Shown one piece after another: positions 48,148 to 56,450 of a stretch of 64,000 nt of DNA. The first letter of the stretch is position 1, and each line of letters opens with the position of its first letter. The stretch spans positions 21,001 through 85,000 of the forward strand of contig CANJLG010000008.1 in assembly GCA_947475095.1 (NCBI GenBank), in the 5' to 3' direction. The notes under the pieces were generated by a model. The model saw only the letters and a program-made list of their open reading frames with translations, did not search any database and was not told the DNA's origin. This DNA comes from Flavobacteriales bacterium (GTDB lineage: Bacteria > Bacteroidota > Bacteroidia > Flavobacteriales_D > Crocinitomicaceae). A program made the translations under genes and the position numbers.

Positions 48148-48588
48148 ATGAAAACTGTTTTTTTAATCGCTCTTGTTGCTCTTGGTTTATTCTCTTGTAA
48201 GAAATATTCTGATGGCGGGATAAAAAAATTAGCCCTTAGCAACCTAAAGGGAACGTGGAAATTAGAGAGCTACACGCGAAATGATATTGACTATTCTGGA
48301 GAATTATTGATTAATAGCTATAAGGAAACCTTTAACGAAGACGGCACCTATTCCAGGCAACTTATTGACACTTTTAACGCCGTAGTAAATACCTCTGGTG
48401 GCTGGGACTTTGAAGGCGATCGGTCTTTGTTAAGAATTAGTGGTGCTGGTTTTTATAGCCTAACGCCGGGGGTGTCAACTGCCACAGCCCAATCGGGCTA
48501 CACAATAAATCGATTAACTAAATCAGATTTGTGGTACAGCTACGAAGATGCTTGGGGAAAACATAATTTTAGACTAATAAAACAATAA
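48148..48588 (+). CDS. small lipoprotein, unknown function (lipocalin-like size)
   Basis: Lipobox LGLFSCKK. 146 aa with a beta-rich composition. Confidence 0.5.
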   Translation: MKTVFLIALVALGLFSCKKYSDGGIKKLALSNLKGTWKLESYTRNDIDYSGELLINSYKETFNEDGTYSRQLIDTFNAVVNTSGGWDFEGDRSLLRISGAGFYSLTPGVSTATAQSGYTINRLTKSDLWYSYEDAWGKHNFRLIKQ

Positions 48589-48601
48589 ACCTGAGTCGCA
48601 G

Positions 48602-49897
48602 ATGAAATATTTACCCATAAATGCTGCGCTGTTTATTACAAACCGCGAATCTTTTGTCAAGCAAATGGTAGAAGGTGCTCTTGCAGTGTTTAACTCCAAC
48701 GATATTTTCCCTATTAGTGCAGATAGTACGATGCCTTTTCAGCAACACCGTGATATTTTTCACTTAAGTGGCGTTGATCAAGAAGAGTCTATTTTAGTGC
48801 TTTTTCCAAGTGCAAGCAATCCTGCACATCGAGAAATATTATTCTTAAAAGAAACGAGTGAGCTGATCGCTATTTGGGAAGGAGAGAAATTAACAAAATC
48901 AACAGCGTTCGAGGCGTCAGGAATTAAAACCGTTTATTGGCTGCAACAATTTCCTGTGATTTTTAAACAAGTTATGGCTGAATGTGCTGCCATTTACGTA
49001 AATACAAATGAACACCTTAGGGCATCTACAGTCGTTGAAACTAGAGAAGATCGGTTCATAAAGACGGTGACGAATGATTATCCTGCCCATCGTATTTTAA
49101 AATCGGCGCCCATCATGCACCGTATTCGATCAATTAAGCACCCCATTGAAATCGAATTAATGCAAACAGCGTGTAATATTACTGAAGCTGGATTTAGACG
49201 ATTGCTTGGCTTTGTAAAGCCTGGCGTTTGGGAATATGAGATTGAAGCAGAGTTGTCCCATGAATTTCTTCGAAATCGTTCTAAAGGATTTGCCTATACG
49301 CCAATTATTGCTTCGGGTAAAAATGCCTGTGTACTGCATTATATTGAAAACAACCAACAATGTAAAGATGGAGATGTTATTTTATTAGATGTTGCTGCAG
49401 AATACGCTAATTATTCATCTGACTTAACCAGGTGTGTTCCTGTAAATGGTCGATTTACAAAACGTCAAAAAAATGTTTACAACGCTGTTCTTCATGTAAA
49501 AAAAGAAGCGGAAAAACTGTTGTTGCCTGGAGTTATTATGGCTGATTATCATAAAACCGTAGGATTATTGATGGAAGAACAACTCGTTAAGCTCCAATTA
49601 ATCTCGCTCGACGATATTAAAAACCAAAAGGCTGATTGGCCCGCTTACAAAAAGTATTTCATGCACGGCACATCTCATTTTATTGGGCTGGATACACACG
49701 ATGTTGGCTTATGGCACGAACCCATCAAAGCTGGGATGGTCTTTACCTGTGAACCAGGAATTTATATTCCGGAAGAAGGCCTAGGGATTAGATTAGAGGA
49801 TGATTTGCTTGTTCAAAAAACAGGAACGCCATTCAACTTAATGGGAAATATTCCATTAGAAGCGGAAGCCATTGAAGACCTCATGAATCGTGGCTAA
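48602..49897 (+). CDS. pepP: Xaa-Pro aminopeptidase (M24B)
   Basis: Metal ligands in order: DVILLDVAAEY..SD, HGTSHFIGLDTHD, CEPGIY, IRLEDD. Confidence 0.85.
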   Translation: MKYLPINAALFITNRESFVKQMVEGALAVFNSNDIFPISADSTMPFQQHRDIFHLSGVDQEESILVLFPSASNPAHREILFLKETSELIAIWEGEKLTKSTAFEASGIKTVYWLQQFPVIFKQVMAECAAIYVNTNEHLRASTVVETREDRFIKTVTNDYPAHRILKSAPIMHRIRSIKHPIEIELMQTACNITEAGFRRLLGFVKPGVWEYEIEAELSHEFLRNRSKGFAYTPIIASGKNACVLHYIENNQQCKDGDVILLDVAAEYANYSSDLTRCVPVNGRFTKRQKNVYNAVLHVKKEAEKLLLPGVIMADYHKTVGLLMEEQLVKLQLISLDDIKNQKADWPAYKKYFMHGTSHFIGLDTHDVGLWHEPIKAGMVFTCEPGIYIPEEGLGIRLEDDLLVQKTGTPFNLMGNIPLEAEAIEDLMNRG

Positions 49898-50666
49898 AAG
49901 ATTACATTACCAGATCTTTGGCGCTGGTTACACAACGGTTTATTTACATGGGTTTTTAGAATCTTCCACAATGTGGGAACCCTTAGATTTAGTTAATCAA
50001 CCTGGTAAACACCTGTTAATTGACCTGCCCGGACACGGAAAATCACCTTTAATTGACGATTCTGATTCGCCTTCCATTCGCTTTATGGCTGAAGAGGTGG
50101 TGCGTGTCTTGAAAGAACTAAACATCAAAGAATACCGTGTTATTGGACATAGTATGGGGGGATATGTTGCCTTGGAGCTATTTAACATGCGTTTAGAAAC
50201 CACTTCTATACTGCAGCACGTAACCTTAATGAACTCAAACTGTTGGGAAGATAATGACATTAAAAAAGGGGAGCGCTTAAAAATTGTTCGGATTGCCTAC
50301 AAAGCAAAAGACCTTTTTATTAACGAAGTGATTCCTAATCTTTTTGCACGAGCACACGATTTTTATCCTCAAATTGAAGCCCTGAAAAAAGAAGCTAAAG
50401 AGATAAGTTCAGACTCCATTGCATACGCTACATTAGCTATTCGTAACCGAAACGATTACACAGCTTTAGTTTTGTCTAATCCGGAGTGTTTTACATTTAT
50501 TCATGGTGCCTTGGATAGTTTGGTCAGCATGGATGACATTCAATTGCGCTTAGTCTTACCTAAGGGACCCTCTCCAAAAATTATCATTATCCCCTCGGCT
50601 GGTCATATGGCGCACTGGGAAACGAAAAAAGAACTTTTAGATATTCTTTATCCAGATCCTAAATAA
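49890..50666 (+). CDS. alpha/beta hydrolase
   Basis: LHGFLES, nucleophile elbow GHSMGGYVA, and C-terminal SAGHMAHWE. 8-nt overlap with pepP. Confidence 0.75.
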   Translation: MAKRLHYQIFGAGYTTVYLHGFLESSTMWEPLDLVNQPGKHLLIDLPGHGKSPLIDDSDSPSIRFMAEEVVRVLKELNIKEYRVIGHSMGGYVALELFNMRLETTSILQHVTLMNSNCWEDNDIKKGERLKIVRIAYKAKDLFINEVIPNLFARAHDFYPQIEALKKEAKEISSDSIAYATLAIRNRNDYTALVLSNPECFTFIHGALDSLVSMDDIQLRLVLPKGPSPKIIIIPSAGHMAHWETKKELLDILYPDPK

Positions 50667-51224
50667 AATAAGATTACAGTTTTAACCCTGAACTCTTCGC
50701 ATTGAAGAAATACTGCAGTGAGCTTAAGAACAATCTACAAGCGCTTAGATAGCTATGAGTTATTAAAAAGAGAGCCTAAGCCAGTAGCAAAAGATACTGA
50801 TATAAGCCTAGATGATTACCTAGCACTCAGTAAACGCCAAAGAAAAAAGTATTTAAGGTTTAAATAAAGGGTTTATTATTTCCGCAAGATAACAAAGTAA
50901 ATAAGTACAAATGCCATAAAAAGTTTTATCCAATGATCCCCCAAAAATTTTATTAATTCATTTCCCATAACGTAAATATAGTAAAAAACAGCAAATTAAA
51001 TAAATAAAACTATGCCTTTTGAATTAAGCGATCCAAAAACAAATAGATTAGGCTGGCCAGCAGGCTGCATGAATAAGATCTCACGCATAAGCCTTGAAGT
51101 ATGAAGAAATTTTGAAAGAACTAAAAGATAAAAACAAGGAAAAAAAAGGGCGCCCCTTTGTAAAGATTACCCTGAATTCGTATTGATAGCTTCGAATATA
51201 AAAAATAAGAAGAACAACGCTAGT

Positions 51225-53564
51225 TTATAACTTAATAATCCTAACCGTTTTAATGCCACTTTGATTGTAAGCATTAACAAAGTAAATGCCCTGAGGAACA
51301 CTTAGTTCGATAGACACTTCCTTTTGATTGTTCACAACTGATTGACGAACCAATCGACCACCCATATCCGTGATAGACAGTTCTCCGGTGAATGCAGCCT
51401 CAAAAGCAATATTTACTTGATTCACCACAGGATTTGGAAACACAGTAAAGGATGCTGAAGACAACTCATCTATTCCGACATTTGTAATCGTAATGCAGTT
51501 GGAGGTGTCAGAGCAACCGTTGCTATTTGTGCTTATTACCGCATAACTACCATTTTGACTAGCAGTAAAAGATGAACTGTTGGCTCCGGGAAATGCTGAG
51601 CCCGTAGTGCAATTTATCCACTGATAAGTTAAACCTGTATTGGCTGAGCTGAGTAATAGAAGCGAATTGTTAGGACTCACTGAAATAACATTGCCCACTT
51701 GCTCGATGGTTAAATTAAGAGTAACAATACTATCGCATCCCTGTGCATTGGTATAGGTTGCAAGGTAGCTACCCGCCTGTGTATAAACTTGTCCATTAAA
51801 CGAAAACTGAGATCCCTGACAGATGGTTTCGTTCAAATTCGTTTCTTGGATGGCACATCCAATATAAACAAAATCAGTATATATTGTATTGGACAAGGTG
51901 TCCACCTGAGCAGAAATCGTAGAATAACCAGCCGCTCCGCTAACAAAAGAAGATGGATTAGTACTAGAAACTGAAGCTAATGTGGGCGTATTAAATCCCC
52001 ACGATACCGAAGATGCGCCCAAAGCCTCCACTTGCATGCTGGCGTTCGAACAAAGAGCGTAAGTACAATGTATCACCGGTTGAGCTTGTAAATTAAAGTT
52101 TGCATTTTGAACCAGTAAAGTGTCTCCGCTAGCCATATAAACTGGCAAACTTATACCATTAGCGCCATCACCGCCCTTTCCGCCTGCGCCTCCTGCACCG
52201 CCAGCACCGCCAGCACCACCATCACCAATTTCACTACTGCATGCCGCTTGAATACCCGCTCCACTGCCTCCGTTTCCGCCAGCACCACCATTGCCACCCA
52301 CTCCACCTGACCCTAAGTTTCCCGCTTGAACGAAACAATCAACCATACTTCCATTGGGGCCATTAACATTGATGTAAATTCCAAAGGAAGAACCTCCTCC
52401 ATAACCGCCTGTTCCACTCGTTCCACCCTGACCTCCGCCACCGCCTCCAGACCCACCATTTCCTGGGCCGTTATCACACAAACTACAAGTCTGTCGACCA
52501 CCGCCACCACCACCGCCACCGCCAGATCCACCACAACCGTCTAAGCCTGTTGCTCCTTGATTGCCCGGCATCCAGAAACCGCCAGAATGTTGACCTTGAG
52601 ATCCATTAGCGCCTTGAGCTCCAACTAAACCAGACAAACCGTTACCGCCACTGGTTCCATTTCCTCCAGGATCGCCGTCATTTCCCTTTATGCCTGAAGT
52701 GCCTCCATTGTTACAAGCAGAAGCGCCACCCAAACCACCATTTCCGGCGTTATTTGAATAACATTCGTCTCCACCAGCGCCGCCACCACCACCGCCGCCA
52801 CCGTTTCTAGCCGTTCCGACTGTTCCGGCAGCGCCCGGGTTTTGCGCGTTATTTTGATTCGGGCCACCTGAACCACCTACCATTCCACTTGCGCCTGCGC
52901 CACCTAGGCCTCCACTTGCCCCGGCATTACCATTTCCGAAAGTACACGATCCACCATCACACGAACCAGAATTTCCCAATGATCCATTGTTGCCATTGGC
53001 CCCAGCGACTCCATTTGTACCTGAAAACCCAGCACTTGCATGACCAGTAATAAATTGACAACGAACCAAATTATAAGCAGAACAGCTGTCCATATAAAGC
53101 GCATAAGTGCTCACACCAAAAGGTGCATTTGCGTTTGATGCGGCTGCACTCTGGGTTTGAATCGTTAAATCTTGAAATCGAAAACCTGTATTACTCACTA
53201 ATTCCAGTGCAGAAATACGCGGACTGTTCGCTGGCCCTGAGGGATTTGTATTGCTTCGATAAATCGTTGTGGCACCAGCCAAACTTGTTTTTGTCCAAGC
53301 AAGCGTATCTATAAATCCACCTTCAACTACTACGTTTTGGCCCGCTAAAGATAAGGGCGCGCTTATAAAATAGGTTCCAATTGCCATTCTAATATAGCTT
53401 CCCGAAGAGGCCGTTGTAAAGGCGGTGACCAAATCCATGGGGTCATTCATGGTTCCAATCGAAGTTGCTTGTCCTGTTGGTGTTACATATAGTATTTGAC
53501 ATTGCGAAAAAGCAATGTTATTAACCAATACAGCAAAAATTATGTATAGTAATCCTTTTTTCAT
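51225..53564 (-). CDS. 779-aa secreted protein: beta-helix-like N-terminal domain, about 295-aa glycine-rich region with Gly-X-Y runs, Cys-containing Ig-like modules, type A T9SS C-terminal sorting domain
   Basis: Signal peptide MKKGLLYIIFAVLVNNIAFSQ. Gly-rich aa 176-470. C-terminus FTVFPNPVVNQVNI...ITDMGGRLV...GIYFVNAY...VRIIKL (Por_Secre_tail pattern). Confidence 0.8.
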   Translation of the reverse strand: MKKGLLYIIFAVLVNNIAFSQCQILYVTPTGQATSIGTMNDPMDLVTAFTTASSGSYIRMAIGTYFISAPLSLAGQNVVVEGGFIDTLAWTKTSLAGATTIYRSNTNPSGPANSPRISALELVSNTGFRFQDLTIQTQSAAASNANAPFGVSTYALYMDSCSAYNLVRCQFITGHASAGFSGTNGVAGANGNNGSLGNSGSCDGGSCTFGNGNAGASGGLGGAGASGMVGGSGGPNQNNAQNPGAAGTVGTARNGGGGGGGGAGGDECYSNNAGNGGLGGASACNNGGTSGIKGNDGDPGGNGTSGGNGLSGLVGAQGANGSQGQHSGGFWMPGNQGATGLDGCGGSGGGGGGGGGRQTCSLCDNGPGNGGSGGGGGGQGGTSGTGGYGGGSSFGIYINVNGPNGSMVDCFVQAGNLGSGGVGGNGGAGGNGGSGAGIQAACSSEIGDGGAGGAGGAGGAGGKGGDGANGISLPVYMASGDTLLVQNANFNLQAQPVIHCTYALCSNASMQVEALGASSVSWGFNTPTLASVSSTNPSSFVSGAAGYSTISAQVDTLSNTIYTDFVYIGCAIQETNLNETICQGSQFSFNGQVYTQAGSYLATYTNAQGCDSIVTLNLTIEQVGNVISVSPNNSLLLLSSANTGLTYQWINCTTGSAFPGANSSSFTASQNGSYAVISTNSNGCSDTSNCITITNVGIDELSSASFTVFPNPVVNQVNIAFEAAFTGELSITDMGGRLVRQSVVNNQKEVSIELSVPQGIYFVNAYNQSGIKTVRIIKL
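52155..53039 (-). repeat. GC-rich low-complexity coding region (glycine-rich; GGN codon runs, (GGA/GAG)n, poly-Gly)
   Basis: On the plus strand it reads as CCN-rich tracts, e.g. caccgccagcaccgccagcacc and ccaccgccaccaccaccgccaccgcc. It generates several spurious long ORFs in other frames. Confidence 0.85.
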
Positions 53565-53601
53565 ATCCGTAAATTTTCAATAAATATACACAATAAATGT
53601 G

Positions 53602-54288
53602 TTATTCTGCATTGATGATCTCATGCAGCCATCCATCAACCGTCTTTGCATCATCTATGGAGCAAGGCCCTGATTTTGTTCTTCTTAAAGTCGTTAAGGT
53701 TGCGCCAGCGCCTAATTTCTTTCCAAAATCATGGGCAATGGATCGAATATAGGTTCCTTTGGAGCAACTAATAGAAAAAGATATTTGTGGAAATGCGCTT
53801 GCGTCTATTGAAAAATGCTTAATATTTATTTTATTAGGCTTTAATACTAGCTCTTTTCCTTCTCTAGCATAATCGTAAGCGCGTTTTCCATTGATTTTTT
53901 TGGCTGAAAAGATAGGTGGAATTTGTTCCTGCTCCCCTAAAAATGTTTGCCTAACCAACTCAATTGCCGCTAAACTAATCGAAGACAGATCGAACTCTTG
54001 GTCAAATTCGGTTTCTAAGTCATATGAAGGTGTTGTTTTTCCAAGCAGAATGATTCCTGTATATTCTTTGTCTTGACCAATTAAATCATCGATTAACTTG
54101 GTGTTTTTTCCCGTGCAAATAATTAATAGGCCCGTGGCTAATGGGTCAAGGGTGCCGGCATGGCCCACTTTAATGTTTTTTATCTTAAGCTTTTGTTTTA
54201 TATTCCAACGGATTTTATTCACAACATCGAACGACGTCCATCCTATAGGTTTGTCAATCAATAATGTTTCGCCAGAGATAAAATCCAT
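53602..54288 (-). CDS. truB: tRNA pseudouridine(55) synthase
   Basis: LLIDKPIGWTSFDVV and catalytic Asp motif GHAGTLDPLATG. Start moved to the ATG at 54288, 1 nt after the uppP stop. Confidence 0.9.
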   Translation of the reverse strand: MDFISGETLLIDKPIGWTSFDVVNKIRWNIKQKLKIKNIKVGHAGTLDPLATGLLIICTGKNTKLIDDLIGQDKEYTGIILLGKTTPSYDLETEFDQEFDLSSISLAAIELVRQTFLGEQEQIPPIFSAKKINGKRAYDYAREGKELVLKPNKINIKHFSIDASAFPQISFSISCSKGTYIRSIAHDFGKKLGAGATLTTLRRTKSGPCSIDDAKTVDGWLHEIINAE

Positions 54289-54289
54289 G

Positions 54290-55099
54290 TTAGCGCAGAA
54301 AATAAATAAGCAGTGAACAGCCAATAAGTACCCTGTACCATCCCCAAACTTTAAAGCCATACTTGTGTAAAAATCCCAAGAAAAACTTAATGGCTAGTGC
54401 AGCAATTAAAAACGCAATGATATTGCCCACTATAAAAAATTGCGTGTTTTGTTGGGAAGATAAAATCATGTCAATCCCAGTTTGATGAGTTCCTTTATAC
54501 GTCCAATCCTTTAAAAATAAAGAGTAGCACGTGACGGCAAACATCGTGGGTACCGCTAGAAAAAAACTAAATTCTGCCGCGGCCTTGCGGGAAAGCCCTT
54601 GTTGCATACCACCAATTATTGACGCCGCAGAGCGACTCGTTCCCGGCATCATGGCTAAGCATTGCCAAAGACCAATTTTAACCGCACCGAGCTTTGAAAC
54701 ACTGTCTACCGAATCGAATCGTGGATGATTAAACAAGCGATCTATAAAAAGGAGGACCACACCTCCTAAAATTAACATTAAAGCAATCGGTATTGGTTTT
54801 TCTAGAACGGCTTCTATTTTATCGTCGAAAAGTTTTCCTAGAACTAGGGCGGGGATAACACCAATAATCAATTTTAAATAAAATTGTGGAGAACTAAAAT
54901 TAAAAAATCGACGCCAGTACAAGGATACAACGGCTAAAATTGCACCAAACTGAATAGACACTTGAAACATTTTCACAAATTCATCGCTTTCAATTCCAAA
55001 GATAGAACTCGCGAAAATCATATGTGCGGTACTGGAAACGGGTAAAAATTCCGTTATTCCTTCTATAATCGCTAAAATAATCGCTTCACTTAGTGTCAT
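54290..55099 (-). CDS. uppP: undecaprenyl-diphosphate phosphatase
   Basis: GITEFLPVSSTAHM and PGTSRSAASI motifs. 8 TM helices, 269 aa. Confidence 0.9.
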   Translation of the reverse strand: MTLSEAIILAIIEGITEFLPVSSTAHMIFASSIFGIESDEFVKMFQVSIQFGAILAVVSLYWRRFFNFSSPQFYLKLIIGVIPALVLGKLFDDKIEAVLEKPIPIALMLILGGVVLLFIDRLFNHPRFDSVDSVSKLGAVKIGLWQCLAMMPGTSRSAASIIGGMQQGLSRKAAAEFSFFLAVPTMFAVTCYSLFLKDWTYKGTHQTGIDMILSSQQNTQFFIVGNIIAFLIAALAIKFFLGFLHKYGFKVWGWYRVLIGCSLLIYFLR

Positions 55100-55108
55100 G
55101 GAGCCGAC

Positions 55109-55477
55109 TTACTTTTTTGACTTTTTAGAGTAGGTGTGTTTTGGTGTTGTATTGGACTCTACGGGTGTTTGAGCCTGTATTTTTTCGGGTGTTTTTTGCG
55201 CTTGCAGGACATCGACATCTGCCTTAACACCTTTGTCTACCGGTGCTTTTTCTTTTTTCATGATAGAATAAAGTATTACAATGTAGCCCGCTACAATTAG
55301 CATTGGAGCTATTGTAATTCTTACCGTACTAAATAATTCGTTTGCGTTAAACGTATTGAGGTCATCCGACCCTCCTCCAATCATTAGTAAAAACCCTAAA
55401 ATGTTAAGCCCTAAGCCTATTAAAAGGATTTTGTAGTTCTTCGGCTGAAAACCAATGTGTTTTATCGGACTATTCAT
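55109..55477 (-). CDS. small membrane protein, probably DUF3098 family
   Basis: Two TM helices followed by a Lys/Pro-rich tail. Its position between ftsX and uppP is conserved in Bacteroidota as I recall. Confidence 0.5.
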   Translation of the reverse strand: MNSPIKHIGFQPKNYKILLIGLGLNILGFLLMIGGGSDDLNTFNANELFSTVRITIAPMLIVAGYIVILYSIMKKEKAPVDKGVKADVDVLQAQKTPEKIQAQTPVESNTTPKHTYSKKSKK

Positions 55478-55482
55478 TTTAT

Positions 55483-56367
55483 TTAATATAAATCATCTAA
55501 TTTAATACGAAGATACTTGTTTAATGCAAACCAAGTTGATATGAACGTAATAAAAATTCCTAGTGACATTTGGAAAGCAATAATAATCAATAATACTCTC
55601 CATGAAAAGACAATTTCAATAGCATCTAAGATATTATTTAAACCATAAGAAACAGATATAAGCAGGCCAAAAGCAAGGAGGGATGCTATGAAGCCCTGCA
55701 GAGCAGCTTGGAATAGGTAGGGCCGGCGAATATACCCCCTTGTTGCGCCTACCAAAGTCATTGTTTTTATTGTAAATCTTTTAGAATATAAAGACATTCT
55801 AATAGTGTTGTTTATCATCGCGACGGCAATAATAATTAATAATAGGGCTAAAAATAAAAACAGGAGAATAAATTGCTGAAAACCAGAATTTACATTTTCT
55901 ACACTTGATTCATCATAATTAACCTCTATTATTTGTTGAGGATACGATTTTAAGAGTTTCAGTTTAATGTTTTTCATGCCGGTTTTATTGGCAAATTTCT
56001 CGTTAGGAGAGAAGCAAAGTGATGGAGGAATTGGATTTTCTCCATCAAAAAGCTGTTTGATGTCTTCTTTTCCAACATCTCCAAATTCTTGCAAAGCTCT
56101 TTCCGATGAAACAAACCAAATACTTTTAAATTCTGGCCAAGATTTTAACGATAGCTCGACTTGTTTTATGCTGGCATCATTCATTTCAGCACTAAAAAAA
56201 ACATCACCTTGTAAACTTTCTTTTGCCTGTATTTGAGCCGCATTTATTCCGATGGCACCCGCAAAAATAATTCCTATTACAAATAAGACCAGAGACATCC
56301 CAACGGTTGTTGAAACATAACTTGTTCTAACGCCTCTTTTCGTGAATTTTTCAATTGATTTTGACAT
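55483..56367 (-). CDS. ftsX: cell division protein FtsX-like permease
   Basis: N-terminal TM, periplasmic loop, then 3 C-terminal TM helices. TMTLVGATRGYIRRPYL is the FtsX signature region. Confidence 0.8.
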   Translation of the reverse strand: MSKSIEKFTKRGVRTSYVSTTVGMSLVLFVIGIIFAGAIGINAAQIQAKESLQGDVFFSAEMNDASIKQVELSLKSWPEFKSIWFVSSERALQEFGDVGKEDIKQLFDGENPIPPSLCFSPNEKFANKTGMKNIKLKLLKSYPQQIIEVNYDESSVENVNSGFQQFILLFLFLALLLIIIAVAMINNTIRMSLYSKRFTIKTMTLVGATRGYIRRPYLFQAALQGFIASLLAFGLLISVSYGLNNILDAIEIVFSWRVLLIIIAFQMSLGIFITFISTWFALNKYLRIKLDDLY

Positions 56368-56450
56368 ACTTCAAAAGTATTTAAAAAACCTTTGGCTTAC
56401 CTTTATAACCTGACGAGTAATCAACGATGAATTGTTTGTTATTTAATTCT

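Noticed and set aside
52313-53104. Four ORFs of 62-73 aa on both strands (52313..52534, 52326..52544, 52688..52876, 52904..53104)
   Set aside because: They are by-products of the stop-poor GGN/CCN codon runs of the glycine-rich gene. Their compositions (Val/Ala/Thr-rich runs) are translated low complexity.
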